A DNA stretch of 63,271 bases, counting the filler, from Octopus bimaculoides (Eukaryota): assembly GCF_001194135.2 (NCBI RefSeq). It is 5 parts of 5 records of this genome, joined end to end, with 100 filler letters (N's around TTAATTAATTAA, not from the genome) between each part and the next. Parts side by side here need not be neighbours in the genome. Positions count along the whole stretch, not along the records: positions 31,800 to 53,883 come from NC_068991.1; 4 more parts are not named here. One strand, written 5' to 3'. Shown here one piece after another: positions 38,741 to 53,363 of this stretch; within the stretch, counting starts at the first letter, position 1, and each line of letters opens with the position of its first letter. The notes beneath the pieces were generated by a model. The model worked only from the letters and a program-made list of their open reading frames with translations, was not told the DNA's origin and did not search any database. The position numbers and the translations under genes were made by a program.

Positions 38741-39639
38741 GCCTCTCTGTGTGCTTGTGTGTGTGTGTGCGTGTGTGTGTGTGTGTGAATTTTGATGGTT
38801 TACTTTTAAAGGGTTCACAGTTTTCTCGAATCTTTCTGACTTTCAAAAGTTAACTGAGATAGGAAAACATGGGGCTATGCGACAACTGTCTTACTTCTGA
38901 CTGACGTTTTAAAATTCCCTTGTTTTTATTGGAAGAACACGTCTTAAATCAGTGTACTTTTGGGAAACAATCTGATTGGCAGGGGATGATTAGACTTAGA
39001 AACTTGTCTAAGTTCGCCGCTACGTCCTAGCATCAATGACATGTGTCAATAATTTTTGCGCCCAATATTAAAGCTGACACGGTTAAGTGAACATCTCTTG
39101 TGACAGTCTCAGACAATCAAAGCTCTCTAAATTTAGTCTATGAAGTGACAGAGCGGACAGGAACTGTTCGTCAGTAGTCATCAACTTTTTTAGCTCTCCT
39201 GTATTGTCTGTGGGTTACTGTTTATGTGGCTTATTAAAGTTATTTCAGCTATAGTTTGTATTTTTGCATAGTTTGTATTTTTGCATGAACATATGCGAGT
39301 GGATTGTGGTATATTTTGAATAAATGAAAAGTAAGAAAATGTTAAATTAGGCAAGAAATGAAATACAAATCTTAATGTGTGTCATGCTTCACTGAACGTA
39401 ACTATTACGAGTAGAAAGAAATCCAGACTGTGTAAATTTGGTATGGCTGAATGGATACGCTTTGTATATATATATACGTAGGATAAGATCTTGTTCTCCA
39501 CTAAAATTGTGCATTAGTGTCATGTGAGAAAAATTCATGACAGTGCCCGAAGTTGAGTTTGTTGTCTGTGTAAATTCAACATGTCAAGTAACAGAATAAG
39601 TTTGCCTGTGAGTAGTTGTCGGTGAATATACTTTGTTTA

Positions 39640-40640
39640 TTTGTACGAATGTATTTTCTTTGTTTCACTTGGAATTTGAAGGATTTATGCTTGGCACATA
39701 TATCTATATGCCTACTCTGTGGGATCCGTCTAGTATTTGCTGACGATGAATAGTCACTACATTTCTATAAGTATGATTTGTTTGACTAATGTAACCCTCG
39801 TTACACTCTTTTGATTTAACAGCATATTAACACGTCAAATGATTTTTTGGCAAGTTTTTGTCTTAATTTAAATTTACATGTTTTGTAGTCAATGGGGTTT
39901 ATTAAAGTTTGCAATTAGAGCAGTCACATTTTTGACAGTTGACGTGAGATTTGTGGAGGTTAATTTAGCGCTGGTGAATCGTTCCTTGCTTTAAGAGACA
40001 GATAATGATTGTCTTTTAGCTTTAATTATTTTGTGTACACCGTGTGCTCGTTTCATTCTTGTGTCTTGTCTCAATAGTGGGATCATCTAGTGAATAACGT
40101 TGTAAGCCTCTCACCTTTTGGAGTTGTGTGTTGTAACAAAGTGAAAAGAATTGTAAGTAGCTGGAATGTTTGTTTCTTTCTTTAATTATCCATTGTTTCT
40201 GCACGTTTTGCTCCGTTGTCTATTAACATCGATGGATATTATTCTCAAAGTAGTATTTCCTTTAATTCCCGGAGTCTTTTATTACGGATTTCATAATTTG
40301 AAAGAATTGTGGAAAGCTTTCTCGCTAAATTAAATGGAATATTAGTCTTCGTGTGTTTGGGGTGGTATGAGGAGAAGAGTAGGTATTGCTTAGAATCAGT
40401 TGTTTTGTAAGGAATCCCTGTTTCAATGTTTGTGTGTTTTCATGATAAGAATGTCCAGAAATGGTAGCTGAGTTTTACTATCTTCCATGGTAAAGTTGAT
40501 ATTATTGGTTATGCTGTCCATTAAGTTTTTGAAATCAATCAGCTGGTCAAATGTATGCATCCACAAAATTAGGTAATTATCGAAGTATCATTTCCAGTTT
40601 TCGAATAAATATTCATGGATGTTCAATCCGTATTTTACTT
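39640..40640 (-). mobile_element. Penelope-like element fragment (RT C-terminus + GIY-YIG endonuclease)
   Basis: Minus strand: WK*YFDNYLILW...INFTMEDSKTQLPFLDILI; RLRELKEILL...YPSMLIDNG; CNEGYISQTNHTYRNVVTIHRQQI (GIY-YIG second motif). Frameshifted. Confidence 0.75.
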
Positions 40641-42082
40641 TAGATTACTAATATACCTTCACATCTTCAATACATGAGTAGCAGCCTCTCGTGCATATAT
40701 ATACGTGGGGTTGTATGTGTGTCTGTGTCTGTGTGTATGTGCGTGTGTGTGTACGACTAGCTTACGCATACACGCACACGTATATGTGTGTGCTTTTGTA
40801 TATTTTTTTTACTCCCACCACCAGTTGTCAATCAGTATTGGTTTGTTTATGTCACCTTGACATAAGAGGTTCGGCAAAAGAACCGATAGAGTATTTACCG
40901 ACTAAGTCCTTCAAAGTGAGGCCTTGTCATGGCTGCAGTCCAATGACTGCAACAAATAAAAGATAAAAGATATAAAGATATATTTTCATTGATTGCTTTG
41001 TGTTTTCTTGGTGTCTGTCGTTAATTTAATTTTCTTCCAATCAAGACGTAAATATATCAAAAGAACACGAAATGATCGTCAAAATACCACCGTCTTTGAT
41101 AAACATGAATCTGAAACAAAGACATGTCTCGAAGTTACTGCATTGTACGTTTCACCAAATGTGAGAATCTAACTTTGCGATTACATGTTCGAACCATATC
41201 AAAGATTGTTTCTCTGTGACAGGCTTTCTTTTTCCTTCCAAGACGTATATTACTTACCAATAACATGACTAATTTCTCAAATTTGCTTTTCCTTGGCCAA
41301 GTAACAGATGCAGCACGGAATTTTGCCAGTGAACAGGTCGCGGGCTCAAAGCGACGAAAATATTTTGGCAAATTAAATTTAAATGTTGAAGTGAATCTAA
41401 CGGTCTTTCTTAAATGGCTTATAAACACCTTCCACGCTGCAACTGTTTTCGTTCCAGCACACGATCGCAGATCAGGTCGCTTGCTATGCAAGTACATCTC
41501 CGTAATATATATATATATATATATATATAAACACGTGCAATATAGACTAGATGTTTAACTGCTACTTCTAGAACATCAAACGACTGCTGCAAAAGAGTAT
41601 CTGTGGTTGGTTCATTACAAGTGATCTTATCAACAATAGTGAGATAAAGCAACCATTTTATACGCATGTTTCAAGTATGTCGGACACTTATGTGATCACT
41701 GATACATTCCGTACTACACACGAGATATAATTTACCGTCTTTGTTTAGACAATCTTTATATATAATAATTATTATTTACTTAATACGTTTATCAGTAAAG
41801 TGTACGAGATATCGTAATTTGGTATGTATTTAGGAAAGAAAACGTATAAAAGACAAAAAAACATAAACAAAACAATATGTTGTTTATCGATTGTTTTAAT
41901 GTTTTCTAAATGTCTGTGCCTATTGTGAAGACACTTGAATAGAATTCCGCACATTATATCAAATCATATCATCATATCATATCACTGTGTGTATGTGTGC
42001 GTGGGTGTGGGTGTAAATCTGTGTGTCTACCTGTATATATGTATGTATGTATGTACTATATATGCGTGTGTGCCCACTCATG

Positions 42083-42136
<54 letters not shown>

Positions 42137-43504
42137 TACATATCTACACCTACCAGACACACTAAGCGTGGAAGGGGAGGCAAAAGGTACTTGTGTGTAT
42201 GTGTGTTCGAGTGTCGGCATGTTTATGTGCGTTTCCATTATTTTTTCAAATAAAGTGTTTGACATATGAAAAGCGATTTCTTCTGGTAATTGGTAAACGA
42301 TAGAAACACTTCCATTCCATTTGCGGAGCCCCATTGGTATGTTAGAAGCCAGAATAAGATAAATAAATCTATTCTTGGTACCGTCAATACAGTTTAAGAT
42401 ATTTTTCGTCATTCTCTATAATCTTGAGAACTTAACTACCAAAGCGAGGTGTTTTTGCTATATTTATTTGCTTATTTTTCTTTCGTTCTTGTATTTCGTT
42501 AATTTCATTTTCTTTCAATCAACTTTTGCACCTAAGAAGGAAACATCACAGTAATGCCATAGCTATCCGTAAACATGAACACGACCAGATCACAATCTTC
42601 AAGGACGCTACAAATGATAAATTTCTTTATGATTAAATATCTGTCCTTGCGATCTTTTTTTACTCTTTCAGTCTTGTTTCCTTTGTCATTTGTTGCAATT
42701 ATTGGACAGCGGCCATGCTGGTGCGTCTGGTTTTAGCTTTAGTCGGTGTAATTTATTTCACTCTTTTTATTTGAGGTCTCATATCAAGTTTATTATGTTC
42801 TTTGCAGAACCACAAATATACATACACATGTAAGGTTGTACCTCAGCGTAGCTACAGTCTAAAGATGTATCTGGAAGCTATTTGAGACATTTGTTTGAGA
42901 ATATGACTACGGATATGACTTCATGTAGACAGTGTTGTCTTGCACGGAAGCTTCACAGAGTTGTGCCAGGTGCATTCTGGTTGACATGTTATTCCATAGA
43001 AAGATTGGTTAATGAAGTGTCAAGCTCTTAATTGGCTTAATTTAATAATTAAATAAGATACTTAGGTCGCAATTGAATATAATACGTAATGTTACACTTG
43101 TTACCAAAGCTAAACATACAGACACTATCAGCTCGCATATGGAGTTCTCAGTTTGTATATATAAACTTTGTACCTTTCTGCTCGTATTTTTTGACAGAAC
43201 TACAGTCCAAGATCAATTTAAAGTGAGACAAGGTGCCTGAAACATTGTGTGCCATAACGCACTCACAGCCGGCTGGCAGTCAGAGAATGCGTGCGGTAGA
43301 TATTCTATTGAGGCGTCCTATAGAGATTTACTGATTGGGAAATCCAATGACGTCCTCGGGAAAAGCAGGCGACCGGTATTATTCCAACTAGCTGGTCTCT
43401 TCTGGAGGATATTCGGACCGGGGCCCATGAGTAATTTCTAGAAATCTCTGACTTAGTTGTGCTGCTGATGCCATTGCCGATTTGGAATTGTCAATATATT
43501 ATTG

Positions 43505-43583
<79 letters not shown>

Positions 43584-43589
43584 CAGAGA

Positions 43590-43800
43590 GTCGGCGAGTT
43601 GGCTGAGTCATTAGCACGCTGGGCACAATGCTTAGCGGTATTTCGCCCGTCACTGTGTTCTGAGTTCCAATTCCGCCGATGTCGACTCTGCCTTTCATCC
43701 TTTCCGGGTCGATAAATTAAGTACCAGTCAAGTACTGAGTCGATGTGATCGACTTACCTCTTCCCCCAAAATTTCAGGCCTTGTTTCAACAATACAAAGG
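43590..43800 (+). mobile_element. SINE family A (CpG retained) following a (TTA)n tract
   Basis: gtcggcgagttggctgagtcattagcacg...ctgagttccaattccgccg...aggccttg. Confidence 0.82.
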
Positions 43801-44516
43801 ATTATTATTGTTATTATATTTATCATCATCATCATTATTATTTCCTTCTGTTTGCTCTGTAGTTTTTTTAATTACTAATCGTGTTTTAAATCTGGCAGAT
43901 TTTTTCATACGTCTGTGTGAAAACGATACTTGAACGAAAATATTTATTAATGGCTGGCTTTTCGGCCCCTTCGAGGCAGAAAGACGTTTTATTAGAACAT
44001 TATGGTTCGACTGGTTTTCCTAATTTCTGTCTAACTTTAACAACCATTCGACAAGTCAAAAACAACAGTATATACTACGTCTTCTCAAAGAAAAATCAAA
44101 AAGTTTCTACAAGCGATAAACTAGAGAAAAAGAAAATTCATGAAGACAGACAAATCGCACCAACACATTGGCATTTCGAAGAGAAAAATAATGACTTGTC
44201 GAGCACCAAAAGTGACTTTAATGTGTTGATCGATAAAAAGTTGCAGCGAATCTACCGTTCACACTTGCACACAAGCCTTATCCAACGATAAGATTAGTGG
44301 TAAAAAAATTACATTTGCGGATACTGCCTTAAACAGAATATCTAAATTTGGAAAGGATCCCGAAAGTATTACGAATACACTGTGTTTGCTAAATACATTA
44401 TAACCTCACAAATAGATTTATTCGACAGGGAACGAGGAAATATAGTAATTTATCAAGGCATCATCAAAGCGATATAGAAGCTAGTAAATATGTCGAACGA
44501 GCACACGAGGGAAGCC

Positions 44517-44564
<48 letters not shown>

Positions 44565-45299
44565 AGGATGCATGGGATAAAGCTTCGTCCGTTGTCCATG
44601 GAAAATTCTCCGGAAACATCGACCTATATATTGAGACCGATTCTAAGGCGGAACACGTCAGACAGAAACAATACACGATACATCCTCATAGCAGCATGTA
44701 TGTGTGTGTGTGTGTGTGTGTNNNNNNNNNNNNNNNNNNNNNNNNNNNNNNNNNNNNNNNNNNNNNNNNNNNNNNNNNNNNNNNNNNNNNNNNNNNNNNN
44801 NNNNNNNNNNNNNNNNNNNNNNNNNNNNNNNNNNNNNNNNNNNNNNNNNNNNNNNNNNNNNNNNNNNNNNNNNNNNNNNNNNNNNNNNNNNNNNNNNNNN
44901 NNNNNNNNNNNNNNNNNNNNNNNNNNNNNNNNNNNNNNNNNNNNNNNNNNNNNNNNNNNNNNNNNNNNNNNNNNNNNNNNNNNNNNNNNNNNNNNNNNNN
45001 NNNNNNNNNNNNNNNNNNNNNNNNNNNNNNNNNNNNNNNNNNNNNNNNNNNNNNNNNNNNNNNNNNNNNNNNNNNNNNNNNNNNNNNNNNNNNNNNNNNN
45101 NNNNNNNNNNNNNNNNNNNNNNNNNNNNNNNNNNNNNNNNNNNNNNNNNNNNNNNNNNNNNNNNNNNNNNNNNNNNNNNNNNNNNNNNNNNNNNNNNNNN
45201 NNNNNNNNNNNNNNNNNNNNNNNNNNNNNNNNNNNNNNGTTAACCGATGTCACAATAACTTCATCAAATTGTGACTTCGGAACGATATTGTCCACTTAA

Positions 45300-45700
45300 A
45301 GACATTTCCTGATCATGAATGGTGGATAATGTCCGAAAGATTACGGTCAGCAATACAGGAAGCCGGAACTGGATTCCTATGAAAAGTGTCTGGAATAACG
45401 TTACTCGAGATGAGGAAGTCACTCTAGGCTGAAGCACAGTTTCTGTACACTGAGATGCCACAGCTTTGGTTTTACGGAGATGTAATTAGAATGTTATAAG
45501 AAGGAATCGCAGACGGATTCTTCAACCTGTGGAAGCCGACAGGAAACCTTGGGTTAAGTCGAGAACGAGATGGATGGATAATATGGATAGTTCCGGTCGG
45601 TGATGCGTTGGAATCCAACAAGGTCCTAGGACGGTTGCGTCTGAAAGGATCCTATGGAGAATGTGCCTGATGTACCTATTCTGACCGTCATAGGAATAGT
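45300..45700 (+). mobile_element. Degenerate RTE-like LINE 3' coding fragment
   Basis: QLWFYGDVIRM and RRILQP...KSRTRWMDNM resemble the LRWFGHV..RM / RPRTRW.D motifs of RTE C-termini. Confidence 0.5.
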
Positions 45701-46287
45701 GAGAGTAGGAAAAAAGGGAGGACGGACGAACGGACTAAAGGGGCGGAGGGAGAGATGAATGGATAAATGAATGTATGGACGAATAGATGAATGGATGGAT
45801 GGAAGGATGGACAGCCGTCCGACCGGAAGAACGGTTGGATAGTTTGTTAAATGGATGAAGATACTTCACTCAAGAGAAGTAAAGATGCTCTTTAGAAATG
45901 TATGAATAATTGTATTTGATTTTCTTTTCTCTAAAAATCCGGAGCTTTTGTGTACTAACAAATAAGCCATTATCACATATTGAATATTCAGTAATTGGGC
46001 ATTAATTGGATTATTGTAATTGACAATAGAGAATGAAATTTATATGCTAAATATAATTCGTTGATTAATTACCTTAACTATTATCATCGTTATGTGTTTT
46101 CCGCAATTCCTCGCTACTTTTTAGACTTCTTTCCTTACCGCATCATGAAATGCGTCTCGGTTTTCGAGTGATGATTATATTATTTAAATTTTCATGCTGT
46201 GTGAGGTTGTTTGTAGGACATGAAATTTACTCTGATGTGAGTTTCATTTGGTTTCCACTTGTATTATTTTGTTTTACATTCGTTCAT

Positions 46288-46670
46288 CTTTACGTTCCGA
46301 GTTCAAATTCCGCCGAGGTCGACTCTGCATTTTATCCTTTCGGGCTCGATAAATAAAGTAGCTGTTGAACACTGGGGCTGATGTAATCGATGTAACCCCT
46401 CCTTAGAAATTGCTGGCCTTGTGCCAAAATTTGAAATCATTATTTTGTTGTACATTAAGTTGGGGAGATAGCAGAATTGTTAACGCGCTAGACAAAAGGT
46501 ATAACGGCTTTTCCTCCGGGCATTTTTTCTCTGAGTTCAAATCCAGCTGAGTTTGACTTTGCCTTTCATCCTTTTGGGATTGATAAAATTACGACCAGTT
46601 GAGCATTTGGGTCGATGTAATCGATTTGTTCCTCCTCCAAAACTTCAGGCCTTGTAACTTTAGTAGAAAT
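46288..46670 (+). mobile_element. Two tandem SINE family A copies
   Basis: 46288-46440 (5' truncated) and 46461-46670, each with gagttcaaat and aggcc/tggccttgt. Confidence 0.75.
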
Positions 46671-46907
46671 TATACATATATATATGGATGTGTGCGTGTG
46701 AACACAGGTGAAATTCCTTCGCTGGCGAGAGAGAATGCTCGATTCTGTATATATATATATACGTACATATGTGTGTGTGTATGCTATCGATGTCTAATAC
46801 GTGTGTTGTTAAACGATTTATGGCTGTAATATTTCGTCTGGGGAAATCCGTAGAGACGACGTAGTGTTATGACCCGGAGGTGCATAATAATAATAATAAT
46901 AATAATA

Positions 46908-46977
<70 letters not shown>

Positions 46978-47924
46978 ATATATATATATATATATCAGAT
47001 ATATACATATATATTCATATATATTCATACATGTATATATATATATTGATATATATATACACATATATACATACATTTACTTATATATATACACACATAT
47101 ATGCACACATGTATATGTACATGTGTAACGCAGAGGTCACCAGTGTTAGACAAGCCAGAGTTAAAGCAAACCCTCTATAATTTCATCAGCCACACAAAAC
47201 AGAAATATATAACCATCTCTCAAGCGATATACAATAAAAATGCATCGTTTTACGGCAATAAATTACAAAAAGAATTAGTTACGCGTGCATATAAAATGTA
47301 ATCTATTGACCTATTCTAGAAATATCGGTTAGGACGCTAATGAGTTTTGCTGCAGATTGCAACTGCAAGAATTGGAAAAATATTGGGAGAAATCTAGGCC
47401 AACTCGCAGAGTATATTATTGCAAGGTAAGAATGTAGATATTGTTCATATAGAATCGAATTGCTAAATAATCGTGTGAAGGTAAGTAAAATTAGTAATAA
47501 CGAAAGAGAAAAAAAAATTCAAGATAACAATATTTCAACGTCGATTATTCGTTTATTATTATCGTTGTTGGTGTTAATATTATTTTTTTTATTATTATTG
47601 ATATTATTATTGATATTATTATTGATATTACGATTGATAAGATTATCATTAGAGTTATTATTTTTGTTGTGTGGCCGTTATTATTATTATTATTATTACT
47701 ATTATTATTATTATTATTATTTCTCTTATCAATTATTCAAAGTGAAAGGTAGTAATATGAAAATTAATATACAAATGCCTGCATCATATATAAACATGTG
47801 TGTGTTTGTGTGCGCGTGTGTCTGTGTGTGTGTATAGAATGAAAAATGTACTACATATAGAAATAAACTTATGTATATATATGTATTTATATGTATATAT
47901 ATGTGTGTGTATATATACATATGT

Positions 47925-47983
<59 letters not shown>

Positions 47984-48859
47984 NNNNNNNNNNNNNNNNN
48001 NNNNNNNNNNNNNNNNNNNNNNNNNNNNNNNNNNNNNNNNNNNNNNNNNNNNNNNNNNNNNNNNNNNNNNNNNNNNNNNNNNNNNNNNNNNNNNNNNNNN
48101 NNNNNNNNNNNNNNNNNNNNNNNNNNNNNNNNNNNNNNNNNNNNNNNNNNNNNNNNNNNNNNNNNNNNNNNNNNNNNNNNNNNNNNNNNNNNNNNNNNNN
48201 NNNNNNNNNNNNNNNNNNNNNNNNNNNNNNNNNNNNNNNNNNNNNNNNNNNNNNNNNNNNNNNNNNNNNNNNNNNNNNNNNNNNNNNNNNNNNNNNNNNN
48301 NNNNNNNNNNNNNNNNNNNNNNNNNNNNNNNNNNNNNNNNNNNNNNNNNNNNNNNNNNNNNNNNNNNNNNNNNNNNNNNNNNNNNNNNNNNNNNNNNNNN
48401 NNNNNNNNNNNNNNNNNNNNNNNNNNNNNNNNNNNNNNNNNNNNNNNNNNNNNNNNNNNNNNNNNNNNNNNNNNNNNNNNNNNNNNNNNNNNNNNNNNNN
48501 NNNNNNNNNNNNNNNNNNNNNNNNNNNNNNNNNNNNNNNNNNNNNNNNNNNNNNNNNNNNNNNNNNNNNNNNNNNNNNNNNNNNNNNNNNNNNNNNNNNN
48601 NNNNNNNNNNNNNNNNNNNNNNNNNNNNNNNNNNNNNNNNNNNNNNNNNNNNNNNNNNNNNNNNNNNNNNNNNNNNNNNNNNNNNNNNNNNNNNNNNNNN
48701 NNNNNNNNNNNNNNNNNNNNNNNNNNNNNNNNNNNNNNNNNNNNNNNNNNNNNNNNNNNNNNNNNNNNNNNNNNNNNNNNNNNNNNNNNNNNNNNNNNNN
48801 NNNNNNNNNNNNNNNNNNNNNNNNNNNNNNNNNNNNNNNNNNNNNNNNNNNNNNNNNNN

Positions 48860-48898
<39 letters not shown>

Positions 48899-49594
48899 TC
48901 GAATGTGCTTTTTTGTGTTATTTAAGTGAGAGAGAGAGACAATTAAAATGCCATTGCACAGATTTTTCTACCACCTCAAGAAGCTGACATGTATAGACTC
49001 CTTCATGTGCTCGATTCGTTGCAGGATTAACAGATTTGGATTACGCTGAAGATTGCGAGCTTTTAAATCGCCTCATTAGACGACAATATTAAATGCTGAA
49101 ATACAATCACTCCAATCCTGTATAGAAATGAATTAATGATACTTAATGTTTATAAATTCCTTAAAGACCCTACTGCTTTGCAAATTAGTATTAGCATTCG
49201 ATTTCACCGTAATCCTTACCAATACGAATGAGTTAATAAAATCATTTACAGTAGTAGTAGTAGTAGTAGTAGTTTTCTCACTGGGAGCTGTTATTGTCTT
49301 AATGCTTATTGTTGATTACCGCTGTTGTTGTTGTTAAGTATTTGTATAATTATTTTGTCATTTTTGAGCGGAATCCAAATGCGGATCGTGAATCCAAATG
49401 CATTGAACGTGAGGATGGTGAGGGATCGTCATCATCATCATCGTCATCATCATCGTCATCATCATCATCATCGTCATCATCATCATCGTCGTCGTCATCA
49501 TCTTCATCATCATCAACAACATCATCATCGTCATCATCAGCTTATTCACCACTATCGGTCTCAACAAGAACAAGACCATCGTCTCTATACTAAC

Positions 49595-49620
<26 letters not shown>

Positions 49621-49633
<13 letters not shown>

Positions 49634-49824
49634 GTTTTTATATTATTAATAAATTCATGAACTTGTCAATAATATACTCAGGAAATCAATATTTAATATT
49701 TCGAAAAATATACATTCATGTCATATTGGATGTATATTTTTCGAAATATTAAATATTGATTTCCTGAGTATATTATTGACAAGTTCATGAATTTATTAAT
49801 AATATAAAAACACATATATACACA
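49621..49824. repeat. Perfect 95-bp inverted repeat with 14-bp spacer
   Basis: 49621-49715 is the exact reverse complement of 49730-49824, checked base by base. Confidence 0.95.
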
Positions 49825-50067
49825 TTTATTTGCTCAAAATAATTGAGCACTCAATATAAGTTCAGTTATATATTCTTTTAGAATATTACTTATAAAAGTT
49901 ATATATATATATATATATATATATCTATCAGGATAAAATCGTAATAATTTATCAAGTAAGCGTGTGCATATATATATATACGCATACATACAATTATATA
50001 TATGTATATATAAATGCATGCATATACACACACAGGCACATGTATATATATACGTATGTGTGTGTAT

Positions 50068-50134
<67 letters not shown>

Positions 50135-50880
50135 CGTGCGTGTGTCTGTAAGATATGTATGTGCGTTAGCATTTGCTCACGTTTATTGGATACAGAACGT
50201 AGGTAGGACTTCATATGACAATTCGTACGATGTCAGCATTTTCGGAGGAAATAGCCGACAGATTTTTGCTGGTTGCAAAAAAGTTGATTCAGTTAAAATT
50301 GTTGGATCCTAGGATTTCAGAAGATATTTCGTGTTGGACTTCACAAAACCAAAAAGAAAAAGAAAAGAAAAAGACAAATAAATACAGAAAGATAATATAT
50401 AAAACCAAAATTATATTTTGCACTAGAATCTCTTTTTTTCTGAGAAATCATGTATATTCTTACAACATACTGCAAATTTACATGAAAATCTGCATGAATA
50501 ATTTAGATATATTTTTATACTATCTATTCCAGTGCATGTAGGAATAAAATTTTCTTAGTTCTTGCATTAAGACACAAATACAAACAACAAGATTCAGTTA
50601 TATGTTATTACGACCTTTTCAGCAACTAATATCAAAAAGTGTGTGTATATATATAATTATATATATGTGTGTGCTGGTGTGGTTTATGTATGAATTTATG
50701 TATGCATACAACGTATGTACATGTGTTGGTTTATAACCGAATTAACGCACACACAGTTACACATCTAAGCTTCTGACTGTAAAGGTAGATAGATCGATAG
50801 ATAGATAGAAAGAAAGAGAGGGAGAGAGATGGCTAGATGGATGGAGAGACAGATACACAGATATGTATTTATATATATAT

Positions 50881-50964
<84 letters not shown>

Positions 50965-51201
50965 GTGCCTAAATGTTTTCTCTATGTTGTGTGCCATAGC
51001 TGTTATCAATGCACTGTACGCAACGTATAATCTAACAGTTGCGTTTATGTAAGCGTCTGCTGTCAAGGAAGAAACCTTTCAATTTATTTTTCTCTCATGT
51101 ACAGATACGTTGAAACATTTTCCAAGATAATTATATATACATAAATATGGGATGTGTACATGTACAGGCATATATAAATATATATAGAAATGCTGAGTCT
51201 G

Positions 51202-51280
<79 letters not shown>

Positions 51281-51535
51281 NNNNNNNNNNNNNNNNNNNN
51301 NNNNNNNNNNNNNNNNNNNNNNNNNNNNNNNNNNNNNNNNNNNNNNNNNNNNNNNNNNNNNNNNNNNNNNNNNNNNNNNNNNNNNNNNNNNNNNNNNNNN
51401 NNNNNNNNNNNNNNNNNNNNNNNNNNNNNNNNNNNNNNNNNNNNNNNNNNNNNNNNNNNNNNNNNNNNNNNNNNNATATATATATACATATGTATGTATA
51501 TATTGAAGTATATATAAATGTATGTATATATATAA

Positions 51536-51572
<37 letters not shown>

Positions 51573-52558
51573 TGGACGGAGAGAGAGGGAGAGAGAGGGA
51601 GAGTGAGCGACACATATACATATATATATATATATATAACTATATGTTCATGACCATCTAAATGTATATAATGTGCTTGCAATGAATTCCACAGAAGTTG
51701 ATATATTTATAATTAGCATGCAAGATAATTAGTGAAATTCGCGCTCTCTAGACCTATAATTATTTTGATGAGGTCATGTGACTGCAAAGATCGCTTAGAA
51801 TCCCTTGTTAGCCCCCAATGCTTTCTAATTTCCACCATAACTATTGCACTTTAATCATATGGCATCTCAAGCGCTGCTTGTCATTTATTACAAGACAACG
51901 AGCGACACACAGACAACTCCTTTCATCTTTTCTTACTGCTCATTTTCGAGACATATTTTTCTATTTGCCATATTTTTTCCTGATTAGATTACATCATCTT
52001 CGTGTCCTTGTTGTTTTTTTTAACCTGTTATTTTTATTTCCATTGCTTGTTTTTGGTGTTGTTATAGATGTTACGCGGTTTGTTTTCTAGTTATTTAGCA
52101 TTTCGACGTTAAAATACTTGAAGTTTTCAAACAGAAACACACACACCTATATACATACTTATACGCACAGGGAGTTATACCCATACACGCATAGTTAAAA
52201 GCGTACTCGCATATTTATGACTAAATATGTATGTGTGTATCTCTGTGTGTGCGTGTGTATCTCTGTGTGTGCGTGTGTATTGTATGTATACATATATACG
52301 GAAACGGGGTGGGCGAGTGAAAATGAGGGGGAGTGAGAGAGAGACGGAAACAGAAAAAGTGAGATGAATGTGTACATATGTTTAGCTATCAATGATATAC
52401 AAGCATATACATAATATATATGTGTGAGTGTATGCGCGTGTGTGTGTATGCATATATATATCTATAATTACACACACATATGTATATATGTGTAGATATA
52501 TAACAATATATATACATACATATATATATAGATATATATATAAATATATATATGTGTG

Positions 52559-52590
<32 letters not shown>

Positions 52591-52600
52591 NNNNNNNNNN

Positions 52601-52649
<49 letters not shown>

Positions 52650-52859
52650 GAAAATAAGCAACAAGGACAGATATCTATAGGATATCCTTGTTGCTTATTT
52701 TGATTTTAATCACCTTACTTTGAAATTGTATGGATAATACCGTACTAAATTCTGGTGCCTCAACCTAAGTAACTTATTCATCTGAATCAAACACAGACAC
52801 ACACACAAATATATGCATATATATATATATGTATATATACATATATATATCTGTATGTA

Positions 52860-53225
52860 TGGCGCCTTCAGCAAGTGTCTTCTAATATAGCCTCGGGCCA
52901 ACCAGATCTTGTGTGTGGATTTGGTAGACGGAAACTGAAAGAAGCCCGTCATATATANNNNNNNNNNGTATGTATGTATGTATGTATGTATGTATGTATA
53001 TATTTGTGTGTGTGTCTGTGTTTGTTCCCCCACCACCACCACCATCACTTGACAACCGATGTAGGTGTGTTTACGTCCCCGTAACCTAGCGGTTCAGTAA
53101 AAGAAACCGATATGATAAGTGCGAGGCTTACAAACAATAAGACCTGGGGTCGATTTGTTCGACTGAAGGCGGTGCTCCAGCATGGCCGCAGTCAAATAAC
53201 TGAAAACAAAACCAGTAAAAGAATA
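52860..53225 (+). mobile_element. SINE family B, 5' truncated
   Basis: gcaagtgtcttct...ggtagacggaaactgaaagaagcccgtc...ggcggtgctccagcatggccgcagtc. Confidence 0.82.
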
Positions 53226-53329
53226 CAAGAATGTGTTCACATACATATGCGCATATATGAACTTCATGATATATATACATATATATATATGTATGTATGT
53301 ATATATATGTATATGAATGCATATACATG

Positions 53330-53363
<34 letters not shown>

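Noticed and set aside
44567-44690. Protein-looking frames (AWDKASSVVHGKFSGNIDLY; YRSMFPENFPWTTDE)
   Set aside because: Short, between microsatellites, no matching splice pair, no recognised family.
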